Source: Antedon mediterranea (lineage: Eukaryota > Animalia > Echinodermata). From it: a stretch of 64,000 nucleotides of DNA. Shown here piece after piece: positions 22,982 through 37,200 of this stretch; position 1 is the stretch's first letter, and each line of letters starts with the position of its first letter. The DNA is taken from assembly GCF_964355755.1 (NCBI RefSeq), contig NC_092673.1, forward strand, positions 5,208,001 to 5,272,000, read 5' to 3'. The notes below the pieces were generated by a model. That model was not told the origin of the DNA, did not search any database, and was given only the letters and a program-made list of their open reading frames with translations. Made by a program: the position numbers and the translations under genes.

Positions 22982-25900
22982 ATGGCAACATCACTTGTTC
23001 AACCATATGTAGACCAGGAGAATGCAACATCTGTGAATGCATCAAGTAGAAAGTCAAGTACATCAGCAGCTTCTAGGCCTAGTAGTCAGTAAAATTCTAA
23101 TGCTTTTGAACTGAAATAATAATAATAACCCAACCAACTGAATACTGGGATTACAATGATTTTAATTCATCCTCAACTCCTACATCCTCCTCAGCATTAT
23201 ACCCCCTAAATAATTAACATTATACCCCCTAAATAATAAACATTATACCCCCTAAATAATCAGCTTTATACCCCCTAATAATCAACATTATACCCACTAA
23301 ATAATCAACATTATACCAAAGTAACACAAGAATCTCCTGTTCAATTTTCATTCAAAACACAGTATTGGAAGTACAGGGTTAAAAGGTCAAACTGGGCGAC
23401 GTCATTGCACAGCATGGAGCAGCGCCCTCTCCAAACTATGAAGTCAAAACTATTAATTCTTATAGAGGGCTCAGTCAATTACTCTATCCCCGCTATAGTA
23501 TTAGCAGATCCCCTCTATGATTTTGACTTTCTAATTTGATGCGGACGCGCTACTCCATGGCTCACAATGGCGCCACCCATTAGCTCTATTCTAAACAACA
23601 ATGCCTTTCGAAATTGTTACAAGCTTTGGACGAACAGGAGATTCTTGTGTTACAAGTTCTTTGATTATACCCAATAATAAATTGGCATTATACCTCTAAA
23701 TAATCAACATTATACCTCTAATAGCAATTGGCCATGTTGCGGATCTCCTTACATTTAAAATATCCATGTTGTTGCCGCAGCCACCTATTTCACATTCTAG
23801 TCTTCTGCTACATGTTAAATCTCTATGCATACAAAATGTATTCCTTTCACATTATGTTTCAGTAATAGGAAAGACATTCTCCAATGCATCAAGTCTAGCT
23901 ACGCCTCGTCGTGCCTTTGGTGACCTCAGTAATGTGACGAGCACAGCCAAGAAACCCAGTGGTGCTATAAAGAAAGGACCAATCAATAGGAAAATGCCGT
24001 TGAAGAAGTCAACACTGACTCCAAGTGCACAGGTACCATAAAATTGATATTAGGGAGGTTTCAAAACGCTACAAAATCATATTCGTGTGACAGCTCAATT
24101 TTGATAAATAGCAGTTTTTAAAGTCCTCACTCGCTTTGATGTTATGCTAACCAAGCAACATATACAGCAATCATATTTTGGATGGTGCCCTCAATATTTC
24201 GTCGCCATGCGAAACAGATTTTTACTGGCTTATGAACATACGACGTTTTCGTTTTCGTATTTGTAGCATTGCGAAACCTCCCTAATAATTTCACTTTGGT
24301 ACAAAAAAATTATGTTTTGGTATTATTAGAGATTTAGTATAACATTCACACACCAGGCAATTGGACTGCTTTGAACTACGCCCTTGTCCAACAGGCCTCA
24401 AGACCAAAGTATTCAAACTAATTAAGATACCATGCATCTTATAAATAGTTATTTTAAAAAATTAATATAGCACAATATTGACATTTGGTATACTTTTTAT
24501 TAGAACCCTTTCATAGAAGAAGAACATAATTCAGTGCCCTCTATTTTGCATTGAAACATAGCTGTGTCTGTAAACTTCAAGGTGCTGCCAAAACAATTTA
24601 GAGATCTTTTTAAATTGGTTACGATGAGACCATGTCTACCTAATATTTTGTTTAGTGTATTTTATATATATTTATAGTTATGAGACAAACACAATGCATG
24701 TTCTACTTTTCTAGTCCATTAAAAAACCAAAGGCCAAGTTAATAGACACTACGAAATCGGCTAAACCTGAAGATGCCTATCCTCCAATTGAAAGTATGCA
24801 CATCTTTGAGGACATCGAATCTGGTAATAACAAGTTTTTCTTCTTTTAGTTTGTATGTAAATTGTATTAACATGTGAGCATGAAACTGAACACCAACCAA
24901 CTAAATCTCTGTAACATTATGTGACAAAAAATGTGATGGGCCCATATATGGACATGATGTCATATCACTACCATATGTGGGCACATCACACTTTTTTTTC
25001 AAACTAGTTTGATAGTGTAGACAGAGCTTAAGAAGATGGAAGCCTACAAAGAGTTGCTATCTACATTAGATTTGCACAAAACCAGGAAGGCCCATCTGCA
25101 TATGGAGCAAAAGATTATCATCTTCACCGTTTATAGATATAATTAATAATTGATTTCTTTCACTGGGGTGTTTGCCTGTCAAATTATAGGCCTACTATAA
25201 ATTGATAGTGCTTTAGTAATACATTTGAATGTATGTATGAAAGCTTCTATTCTGTGTAATATCATTGTACAATTTCTGTATAGGTAAATAATCGTGACAG
25301 TCTAGCTTAATTATTTTGTAGAATTTGAGTTACCACCTGAGCACCGTCTATCAAACATGAACCTTTTTAAACGTACCCTGCCTATAATGCAGACAGGGCT
25401 ACGAGATGTGGATGATATAGTTCCAGACTTCTCTTTTCTGACCCTGCATCCAATCGAGAGACCATACACAGACACATCAGGTACTATTTACATATCTAAT
25501 CAAAGAGATGATTCTCTGCCATGTGTGGGTTTGAATACAGATCAAATCGGTTTTATCCTTGAGGCAAGACATTTTACTTGCATTTGCCTCTTTCCACCCA
25601 GGTGTACAAATGGGTACCTGGTACAGTTTAGACACAACTTTACATTGATTACTAGCTGCATTATGGGAGCTATGTTTCCATATGCGTTTGATCCAAAAAT
25701 GACCAGGGTAATAATATATACAGCGTTTAGAGATTTCGCAACATAAGGTGCTTTATAAATCCAGGATATTGTTTAGTTTTGCTTAGTATGCAATACAGTA
25801 TAATAATAGCTTTTTAGTGCTGGCACATAATACAGTAACTTTTTATGTCAATAACGTATGATTTTATTTTGTTGCAATATGTAATAATACAATGTGTGAT

Positions 25901-26190
25901 TACCCCCCCAAAAAAAGGCCAATTTACGCAGATGAGCAGTAACGTAAGCGTGAAACCGCGTAGCTTGTCCCACATAGAATCTGTATCTATCCTTAGCGGA
26001 AACCGCCGGTCCGCTCACTGGTGCCTATCAGTTCCGTTCACATAAGCATACCTTAAGATGTGTTGTTTCTTCCACAGATTTTACCTTGCCATCTGAATCA
26101 CCACTCTCTGATCAGCTACTGGATCTGCCTTCCGTTAATGATGTGGATATTCTTGACATCAATTCTTTACTAAAGGATTTGGAAATCTAA
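22982..26190 (+). CDS. PTTG1: Securin (PTTG1-like separase inhibitor), 5 coding exons, 217 aa
   Basis: Exons 22982-23084, 23863-24032, 24715-24823, 25322-25480, 26078-26190 (654 nt). N-terminus MATSLVQPYVDQEN, D-box RRAFGDLSN, separase-binding segment DAYPPIESM..EFELPPEHRLS (vertebrate DAYPEIEK..FDLPEEHQIA), C-terminus LDLPSVNDVDI. Confidence 0.88.
23321..23653. mobile_element. foldback MITE inserted in a 21-bp minisatellite
   Basis: Perfect 22-bp inverted repeat gtaacacaagaatctcctgttc / gaacaggagattcttgtgttac, with further internal palindromy. Confidence 0.8.
24051..24284. mobile_element. MITE
   Basis: TIR tagggaggtttc..cgctacaaa / tttgtagc..gaaacctcccta. Confidence 0.8.
25505..25765 (+). 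mobile_element. degenerate CORE-like SINE with L2-type tail
   Basis: ccttgaggcaagacatttt...ccacccaggtgtacaaatgggtacc; 3' end agcgtttagag...aaggtgctttataaat. Confidence 0.6.
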
Positions 26191-26548
26191 ACATCCCTTT
26201 TAAGATTTTAAGAATTATGATAAAAACATTAAGATGATTAGAACTGTGGTCTTAACACTGAATCGTGCCTAAATAATTCAAACTGTTTAGTTATGAAAGA
26301 ATTCTATTGGTTCAATATTGTGTGAAATTAGGATTTTATAAAACGGCATTTATTGCTAATTTAGTAACGGTTAATTAAGTAGGTTATTTTGATCTTGTAT
26401 ACTTTTACATACAACCACCATTGTTGAAAAATTAATTGTGGTATTGTTGTAGATGTAAAATAGCTTCTGTAAATATCAGCTGTAAATTATACTGTATATA
26501 ATATTTTGTATTATCTTTGTCTTGCATTTTGTTTTTGTATAAGTTATA

Positions 26549-26554
26549 AATAAA
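26549..26554 (+). terminator. polyadenylation signal of securin
   Basis: AATAAA about 360 nt after the stop, followed by GT/T-rich sequence. Confidence 0.55.
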
Positions 26555-26664
26555 GTACATTATTTGAATACTGTATTAGTAATCGGTTTTGTTAGCTGTA
26601 CCGCAGGTAAACAAGCCAACAATTGCGAATTAGGCTGTAAATATTGGTCCGCAGACAACTAGCG

Positions 26665-26916
26665 AGAGAGTGGCCAAGCGATTAAGAAACGTGATTACGT
26701 TGCCATAACAATCGCTCCATTATTCTGGTGGTAGAATGATTCTCAGATAAGGGCTATAAACTGTAGGTCCAATGTACACATCTAGCTCATGTGCGCTTTA
26801 TTTAAAGAACCTAGTACATATTTCGAAACGAGTAGATGGTTACCCCGATGTACTAGTTACACACAGCCACTGATAACTGGACCTTCTCGGAGACCAGTAT
26901 AAATAAATAAAAATAA
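26665..26916 (+). mobile_element. tRNA-derived SINE (family A)
   Basis: tggccaagcgattaag head, shared body, (aaat)n tail. Confidence 0.8.
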
Positions 26917-27114
26917 CTCTATATGACACCTCCATGATGATAAACTACTGTATTCCATCTTTATTGACGCAGTATTAGGTAAGCTATCTGGTTCATTTCA
27001 GTCACTGTACTATTATAGTAAAAATTGGCAAATATCTAAACATTATGTTATGTGATATATGTGCATGGTTCTAGACTCTTTGCCACCTGGCCAACTACTG
27101 TATATTTGCCGAAC

Positions 27115-30100
27115 ACCTCCTCTATCTAGGACAACTACACCCAGAACAACTGCCCCCTTGGATAACTAACACTCTATCAAGGACAACTACACCCAAAGCA
27201 ACTACCCCTTTATCTAAGAAAAATATGCCCCTTGGATAACTACTACTCTATCTACTACAACTACCCATAGGACAACTACCCCTCTATCTACTACAACTAC
27301 CCATAGGACAACTACTATTCTATCTACTACAACTACCCATAGGACAACTACCCCTCTATCTACTACAACTACCCATAGGACAACTACCCGTAGGACAACT
27401 ACCCCTTTATCTAGGACAACTATCCATAGGACAACTACCCCTCTATCTATACAACTACCCATAGGACAACTGTCCTTTATCTAGGACAACTACCCATAGG
27501 ACAACTACTCCTCTATTTACTACAACTACCCATAGGACAACTGTCCTTTTATCTAGGACAACTAACCATAGAACAACTACTCCCCTATCTACTACAACTA
27601 CCCATAGGACAATTACTATTTTATCTAGGACAACTATCCATAGGACAACTACCTCTCTATCTACTACAACTACCCTTTATCTAGGACAACTACCCATAGG
27701 ACAACTACCCCTCTATCTACTACAACTACCCATAGGACAACTACCCGTAGGACAACTACCCTTTTATCTAGGACAACTATCCATAGGACAACTACCCCTC
27801 TATCTATACAACTACCCATAGGACAACTGTCCTTTATCTAGGACAACTAACCATAGGACAACTACTCCTCTATTTACTACAACTACCCATAGGACAACTG
27901 TCCTTTTATCTAGGACAACTAACCATAGAACAACTACTCCCCTATCTACTACAACTACCCATAGGACAATTACTATTTTATCTAGGACAACTATCCATAG
28001 GACAACTACCTCTCTATCTACTACAACTACCCATAGGGCAACTACTCCTCTATCTAGGACAACTACTCCTCTACCTACTACAACTACCCATAGGACAACT
28101 ACCCCTTTATCTAGGACAACTATCCATAGGACAACTACCCCTCTATCTACTACAACTATCCATTGGACAACTACCCCTTTTCTATGACAACTACCCATAG
28201 GACAACTACTCCTCTATCTACTACAACTACCCATAGGACAACTACCCTTTTATCTACTACAACTATCCATTGGACAACTACCCCTTTTCTATGACAACTA
28301 TCCATAGGACAACTACCCCTTTTTTCTACTACAACTACCCATAGGACAACTACCCGTTTATCTAGGACAACTACCCCTTTATCTACTACAACTATCCATT
28401 GGACAACTACCCCTTTTCTATGACAACTACCAATAGGACAACTACTCCTCTATCTACTACAACTACCCATAGGACAACTACTCCTCTATCTACTACAACT
28501 ATCCATTGGACAACTACCCCTTTTCTATGACAACTACCCATAGGACAACTACTCCTCTATCTACAACTACCCATAGGACAACTACCCCTTTATCTACTAC
28601 AACTATCCATTGGACAATTACCCCTTTTCTATGACAACTACCCCTCTATCTACTACAACTACCCATAGGACAATTACTCCTCTATCTACTACAACTACCC
28701 ATAGGATTGACAACTACCCCTTTATCTACTACAACTATCCATTGGACAACTACCCGTAGGACAACTACCCCTTTATCTAGGACAACTATCCATAGGACAA
28801 CTACCCCTCTATCTATACAACTACCCATAGGACAACTGTCCTTTATCTAGGACAACTAACCATAGGACAACTACTCCTCTATTTACTACAACTACCCATA
28901 GGACAACTGTCCTTTTATCTAGGACAGCTAACCATAGAACAACTACTCCCCTATCTACTACAACTACCCATAGGACAATTACTATTTTATCTAGGACAAC
29001 TATCCATAGGACAACTACCTCTCTATCTACTACAACTACCCATAGGGCAACTACTCCTCTATCTAGGACAACTACCCATAGGACAACTACTCCTCTACCT
29101 ACTACAACTACCCATAGGACAACTACCCCTTTATCTAGGACAACTATCCATAGGACAACTACCCCTCTATCTACTACAACTATCCATTGGACAACTACCC
29201 CTTTTCTATGACAACTACCCATAGGACAACTACTTCTCTATCTACTACAACTACCCATAGGACAACTACCCTTTTATCTACTACAACTATCCATTGGACA
29301 ACTACCCCTTTTCTATGACAACTATCCATAGGACAACTACCCCTTTTTTCTACTACAACTACCCATAGGACAACTACCCGTTTATCTAGGACAACTACCC
29401 CTTTATCTACTACAACTATCCATTGGACAACTACCCCTTTTCTATGACAACTACCAATAGGACAACTACTCCTCTATCTACTACAACTACCCATAGGACA
29501 ACTACTCCTCTATCTACTACAACTATCCATTGGACAACTACCCCTTTTCTATGACAACTATCCATAGGACAACTACTCCTCTATCTACAACTACCCATAG
29601 GACAACTACCCCTTTATCTACTACAACTATCCATTGGACAATTACCCTTTTTCTATGACAACTACCCCTCTATCTACTACAACTACCCATAGGACAATTA
29701 CTCCTCTATCTACTACAACTACCCATAGGATTGAAAACTACCCCTTTATCTACTACAACTATCCATTGGACAACTACTCCTCTATCTACTACAACTTCTC
29801 ATAGGACAACTACCCCTCTATCTACTACAACTACCCATAGGACAACTACCCCTTAATCTACTACAACTATCCATTGGACAACTACCCCTTTTCTATGACA
29901 ACTACCCATAGGATAACTACTCCTCTATCCACTACAACTACCCATAGGACAACTACCCCTCTATCTACTACAACTATCCATAGCACAACTACCCCTTTAT
30001 CTATGAAAACTATCCATAGGGCAACTACCCCTCTATCTACTACAACTACCCATAGGACAACTACCCCTCTACCTACTACAACTATCCATAGCACAACTAC

Positions 30101-31940
30101 CCCTTTATCTATGAAAACTATCCATAGGACAACTACCCCTCTATCTACTACAACTACCCTTTATCTAGGACAACTACCCATAGGACAACTACCCCTCTAT
30201 CTACTACAACTACCCATAGGACAACTACCCGTAGGACAACTACCCCTTTATCTAGGACAACTATCCATAGGACAACTACCCCTCTATCTATACAACTACC
30301 CATAGGACAACTGTCCTTTATCTAGGACAACTAACCATAGGACAACTACTCCTCTATTTACTACAACTACCCATAGGACAACTGTCCTTTTATCTAGGAC
30401 AACTAACCATAGAACAACTACTCCCCTATCTACTACAACTACCCATAGGACAATTACTATTTTATCTAGGACAACTATTCATAGGACAACTACCTCTCTA
30501 TCTACTACAACTACCCATAGGGCAACTACTCCTCTATCTAGGACAACTACCCATAGGACAACTACTCCTCTACCTACTACAACTACCCATAGGACAACTA
30601 CCCCTTTATCTAGGACAACTATCCATAGGACAACTACCCCTCTATCTACTACAACTATCCATTGGACAACTACCCCTTTTCTATGACAACTACCCATAGG
30701 ACAACTACTCCTCTATCTACTACAACTACCCATAGGACAACTACCCTTTTATCTACTACAACTATCCATTGGACAACTACCCCTTTTCTATGACAACTAT
30801 CCATAGGACAACTACCCCCTTTTCTACTACAACTACCCATAGGACAACTACCCGTTTATCTAGGACAACTACCCCTTTATCTACTACAACTATCCATTGG
30901 ACAACTACCCCTTTTCTATGACAACTACCAATAGGACAACTACTCCTCTATCTACTACAACTACCCATAGGACAACTACTCCTCTATCTACTACAACTAT
31001 CCATTGGACAACTACCCCTTTTCTATGACAACTACCCATAGGACAACTACTCCTCTATCTACAACTACCCATAGGACAACTACCCCTTTATCTACTACAA
31101 CTATCCATTGGACAATTACCCCTTTTCTATGACAACTACCCCTCTATCTACTACAACTACCCATAGGACAACTACCCCTTTATCTACTACAACTACCCAT
31201 AGGACAACTACCCCTTTTCTATGACAACTACCAATAGGACAACTACTCCTCTATCTACAACTACCCATAGGACAACTACCCCTTTATCTACTACAACTAT
31301 CCATTGGACAATTACCCCTTTTCTATGACAACTACCCATAGGACAACTACTCCTCTATCTACTACAACAACGCATAGGACAACTACCCCTTTATCTACTA
31401 CAACTACCCATAGGACAACTACCCCTTTATCTACTACAACTATCCATTGGACAACTACTCCTCTATCTAGGACAACTACCCATAGGACAACTACTCCTCT
31501 ACCTACTACAACTACCCATAGGACAACTACCCCTTTTCTATGACAACTACCAATAGGACAACTACCCCTTTATCTACTACAACTACCCATAGGACAACTA
31601 CCCTACTACAACTATCCATTGGACAACTACCCCTTTATCTACTACAACTATCCATTGGACAATTACCCCTTTATCTATGAAAACTACCCATAGGACAACT
31701 ACCCCTCTATCTACTACAACAACGCATAGGACAACTACCCCTTTATCTACTACAACTACCCATAGGACAACTACCCCTTTATCTACTACAACTATCCATT
31801 GGACAATTACCCCTTTTCTATGAAAACTACCCATAGGACAACTACCCCTCTATCTACTACAACAACGCATAGGACAACTACCCCTTTATCTACTACAACT
31901 AGGATAACTACCAGTTATGATAACTACACATCTAGAAAAA
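27115..31940. repeat. 4.8-kb composite minisatellite (15-bp acaactacccatagg plus 21-bp acaactacccctctatctact) with higher-order duplications
   Basis: Direct inspection; diagnostic variants recur at about 1-kb spacing. Confidence 0.97.
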
Positions 31941-34024
31941 CATCATACCTACCCCTGAAAAAATATATTCCCCATGTTATTTTGTCCATGCAAGTCATTC
32001 CAGTTCTTGGAAACAACTTTATTTCTCATATTTTTCTTGTAAAACTTGATTGATTGAAAATGAAGATTATTAGCTTGAATAATAGACATTCGTTAGCAAT
32101 GACAAACAATAAGAAACTTCGAAACAATTTCATTTCAAATTCTTTGTTGTATTTTTCTTCATTTTTTCCAACATTTTATGTGTTTGAAATAGCAATAAAG
32201 GTAAAATATACATATGATAAAACAGGGCTGTATTTGCTAAACAATCAAGCCTTCAACGATAGAGCCTAAGTGTTGCAACGACACTAAACTCACAGTGTCG
32301 ACAAGCCGTCACACATTCATATAAAAATAACACTATTTTAAAGAGTTTTGTACAGATCACATTACATATATATCACAATGTTGAATCCATCTAAATGATA
32401 AATTTTTAACGTAAACTTGATTTGAACACAATAGTATGAATCTGTCGAACAACACGCAATTAGCTATACACAAGCAAGAAATGAGACACAAATCTACAAA
32501 CATACTTTCTTTAAATTACATTATCAAATTCTACAAAAAAAAACATGTTGGTACTAAACTAAAATTGATCTATCTCAATTTTAAAAAGAAACATTTATTT
32601 TTTGTTTCTACAGTTAAATCAAGTATTTTATACACTATGTACATCTTGTAATGAGTTATTGAAATAAGATGCCAATTTGCTCATCTCCCTGGAAAACAGG
32701 GAGAATGTGTTGACAAATTATACATTTCTTTTGACAAAAAATGTTATACTGTATTTTATACGAAATTTTGGTGCATTTTTCTATTTTCTTTTAATAAACA
32801 TTTAAAAACACTAAAAAATTCTGCAATACATATATTTAAAGAAAAATTCCAGGAGATGAGTTTCCATGGTTACAAGGCAAACTAGTAATTAAATCATAAA
32901 ATATATTCCTTTTGAAACTACTCACATTGAAATTATTATAGGTTTGAAATATGAGGTATGAGTGTTATGCTATAGTGCTTTTATGAAACATTCAAATAGC
33001 TTGACTACATTATAACGGATTTATCTCATCCACTCCGCCTACTCCAGCCTTACCCCAGCCTTACCCCAGTAGTGTACATGTGAGATTAACATTTGCTATG
33101 AACACAAACAGTATACAGCAGTAACATCTATGTGGGAACGTGTAATTAATTGTAGGGTAGGCTTAACACAGTCTGTACATGTTAGTCAACTAGCATGGAG
33201 AATTGGGGCATCGTACTCCTTATCCGGTAAGGATCGTCATGGCTTAATTAACGAAATCATAACAGTAATTTCTATAACATCTTACACAACAACCAAGTGA
33301 AAATGAAAACGTTGAATAAAATAGACACCACAAACAAAAATAATTACGGCATCCAGATTTTGTCTTCAATATAAATAAATTCTGTTGAAATACATTTTAC
33401 ATTCTTTTTTTTCAAGGAAAAATATATATAATTTTCTGCACACATTTTTTATTAAAATCACTTAATTTTCACAATCCTGAATATTTTATTTTCTTGATAT
33501 ACAAGTTCGAAACATAATCAGGATTTATCAGGAATCTCCTCGTAATTTATCCATAATATATAAAATAGCAAAAACCATCAAGTTTTTTCCAGTAGACAAA
33601 TTGTCTATGATATAAATCATTATTGTCCAGTCTAATAAGAAAATGTGTTCATCTTGATGTTTTAGCTTATTACGATTTCTTCTCCAACTTCTTCGCAATC
33701 AGTTTTAATTTAAAATATTCAAACAAAAGCCCTGCTTGTAAACACGTAAAACTCAGCTCAGCTTAGCTTGAAAATAAAGTAGTTCATTGCGGTTCAATCT
33801 GGTTTTGACATTTCTGGACTAAACCAGATTTTAGCAGATGAATCCCACTCAAAACTGGTTTCACTCTGACAGTTCTGGAGCAAACCAGATTTAACTGGTA
33901 TTAACAGGATTCAGTCAGTCAATAATGTATGTTTAATTTGCCTGCATATTCAAAAGACGTTAGAATTTCCTGAATTAAACCAAATTTAACTGGTATTAAC
34001 TTGATTTATTTCGACATGTTCGTT

Positions 34025-34234
34025 TCATTTGCCTGGCGGTTCATGAGACATTAGAATTCCTACGGTATCTTTGATTGCATGATAGATAATGTTTTTCACT
34101 TGCAGTTTGTCTTCATGGTTGCTGTGTGTTGAACTCAAGTAACGGAACTCCTGCGTTAATTTGAAGCATTGGTGTACATGCTCTGGCGATACAAAGTCCT
34201 CAGCTGCCTTTATGCAAGAGTGCAAGTTGTGTAC
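34025..34234 (-). CDS. KDM3: KDM3 terminal exon (JmjC C-terminus)
   Basis: [19 protein letters not shown]...; TGA at 34027-34025. Confidence 0.95.
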   Translation of the reverse strand, partial: VHNLHSCIKAAEDFVSPEHVHQCFKLTQEFRYLSSTHSNHEDKLQVKNIIYHAIKDTVGILMSHEPPGK

Positions 34235-37200
34235 CTGACAGATAAAAAAGTATTTGAATAATAATAATAGTATCATAATGTCTGTAATTTAATCAAGAAC
34301 ATGAATGTAGCTACAAACAGTTGAAGAGTGTGTGCCAAAACATTTTTAAAAAGGATGGCAATGATTCTTATGGTGAATGGAAATATATAATTATCCAATT
34401 CGGTCTAAAGCATGTTTACCACTATGAGGATGTATATTCATACTTCCAACTGCTTTTTGTGATGCGAGAAACCAACTCTTTTAAGTCACCTAGTTGAAAA
34501 CAGGCTTAAGACTAATTTTGGCCAATATTTATACTGTTCACATTTCCAAACTGCTAATTACAGTAAAACTACTAGCTCAAGAACAACGCAATTATTTTGT
34601 CCGGCATTATTAAGTAGAAGAAAGCATACCTGATGTGGAGCGCCTGCTGGTATAAACACCGCATCTCCCATGCACTGTACAATAGCCCAGCCTTGTACGC
34701 CATAGTCTTTCTTAAGTCTTTCCAATAGCTTCTTATCAAGGTAGAATGATTGATCATGGATTGGGTCGTGATCCGGTGGGAAATCTTCACCCTGTTCCTT
34801 AGACACTTTTCGTAGCATATCACGGATCTTATCCGCATCGACAGCTCTGAATATATGCCAAAGGGCACCAGGTTTTTCTGTCTTATCCCGGACACGTTTC
34901 TTGGTCAGTTCATCGCAAGTTGATTGATCGACGGCTTCAAACGCATCTGAAAGTGAGTAACCGATACAAATGTTTACATAATGCAACAGTGATAATGAGC
35001 TTTGTTTGAACATTAATAATTACAGTACTCATCAGGGACCCTAAAATGTAGTAAAGCGTACAGCTTGACCCACTCACCTGGGAATAACAAATTAATATGT
35101 TGTGCAGTAACATTTTAATCCTTCTGTTAATTTCCTAGTAGTTTGATCTGTTAATTAACTAGCTTACTACAATCACCAGTATTTGTAGATACATCAATTA
35201 TGTCATAACAGGATATAGTCAGGTTAAATGAGGTATCCTGTCAGTAATTTGTGGTGAAAGTTGGAAAGCTAACTAGACATTTTAATTAGGTCAAAATAAA
35301 CCATGTTGCCAAACCTGATAGTAATCATGTGGGGGGGGGGAGGGAGGGTTCTTTTATAAGCCTTTACAAAATGGCCGTCAAAATATTTAATTGGCTTATA
35401 TCTTGGTAAACGCTAGTTTGGACCATTGTAAAGCTCTGTCTACACTATCAAACTAGTTTTACAACACAATTATGAATATAAACAAGTGATATGCTTGAAT
35501 ATGGTAGTGACATGACATCATCATGTTCATATATGGCATATCACATAAAGTTAGAGAGTGTAGACAGAGCTTAACAATAAATTATTTTATATTTGTTTAG
35601 GATGTTACAGAATATCATTTTGAAGATGAATCTCAATTACCATTTTCAAAGTCAATATTGCTAAGTTTTCCTTTATTTTCATTCAGTGGTATGCCAACAT
35701 AAACCATCATGTTCACAGCATCTGAGATGTCAAGGTGCAAATTAGTTGTTCCTAACTTGGGATATCTGGCAGAACCTATAAAGAAAAATGACAAATTGTT
35801 TAACAAATTGGTATGTTCAGTCTAAGCTCTGTCTACACTATCAAACTACTATGGTAGTGATATGCCCAAATATAGTAGTGATATGACATCATCATGTTCA
35901 TATATGGGCACATCACATTTTGTTGTGACATAAAGTTTAATAATTTAGACAGAGAAAATTTGAAAAAAACATTAGAGATTGGGTTCCCGCTAGGACAAAG
36001 CATAGGAACACAAGTAGAACACAAGTAATTTGACTAATCAAAAACAATAGATTATCCAATCATCATATTTAGGTAACCATAGGTGAACGTACAAGATGCT
36101 CTACATAAACAAAGTCTTACTCCAAATCTTTGGGAGTGAGAAGAGAACAATGGGATAGCTAACAAGCTCTACAACTCCACTCCATTCTAAAAAATGTCTG
36201 CAAATATATTTTACCGTATGCGTTGTACATCTTAGGCCCTAGGTCGGGTTTGACAAAGAACTCTGGTAACCGTGATGACAAGTTCAAATGTCCGTTTCTA
36301 TGCGTATACTCTGGTAGAGGAAGCCCTTGCATAAGATCTTGAAAGTGATCAGGTAATAGTTCGCTGAAATCCTCGGCTGGTGGCCAGTCTTTCAATTTTA
36401 ATACCATTGGATCTCGATTTTTGCTTGTTAGTCGATCTAAACAACAAAATAGATTAAATAAATAATGAATATTGATTATGTTGAACATGTTAAAACAGTT
36501 AAATAAAAATAAATACAATAATTCTTAAATACATAATACCTTACTTTTCATACATTATCGTATTAAAATATAATTTGCTTCTTCTACTCAAACCTCAGAA
36601 AAACATTTTTTTTCTTCAAATGTTTCAAATATCTAATGTATGTATAATAAATATGTTTTTATTTATATTTGTTAATATTATTAGGTTTTACTCATATATA
36701 TATATAGACTATATTCTTAGTATTATTCTCAACACATTATTTCATGTGAAAACAACTTGCATTTGAAAGGAAATTATTGTCAGATCCAATAACCTGTAAA
36801 ATAGATTTACGAGTTGCTTCTAAATTGAAATGAAGCCATCTCAATCACAACTGACCTGCTAGGCACTGATACTTTTTCCTGATAGTAATTGATATCAATT
36901 TGAGTGGTGGGAGAGAATGGCTAATCTAGGCACCTTGATAAGTACAGGGCTGCTCGAAAAAAGACAGCCATTCAAGGCTAAAATTAGATGGATTTGTATT
37001 TTCAGGGCACCAGTTTGAAACAACCAGGTCACATGGCTGCATTAGTCACACAATTAATACAGATAGAAGTGACTATACTATACATAATAATTCTACTTAC
37101 ACAAACTTACACCTTAACTATTTTCGCTTTCTATTACTATCAGGATTTTTTTGAAAATTTTTTAATTAGAAACATTTCAGCTGTGTTGTGTTTGCATTCC

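Noticed and set aside
27214-32053. Val/Trp-rich and mucin-like Thr-rich ORFs
   Set aside because: They are translations of the minisatellite, with frequent frameshifts and no splice or gene context.
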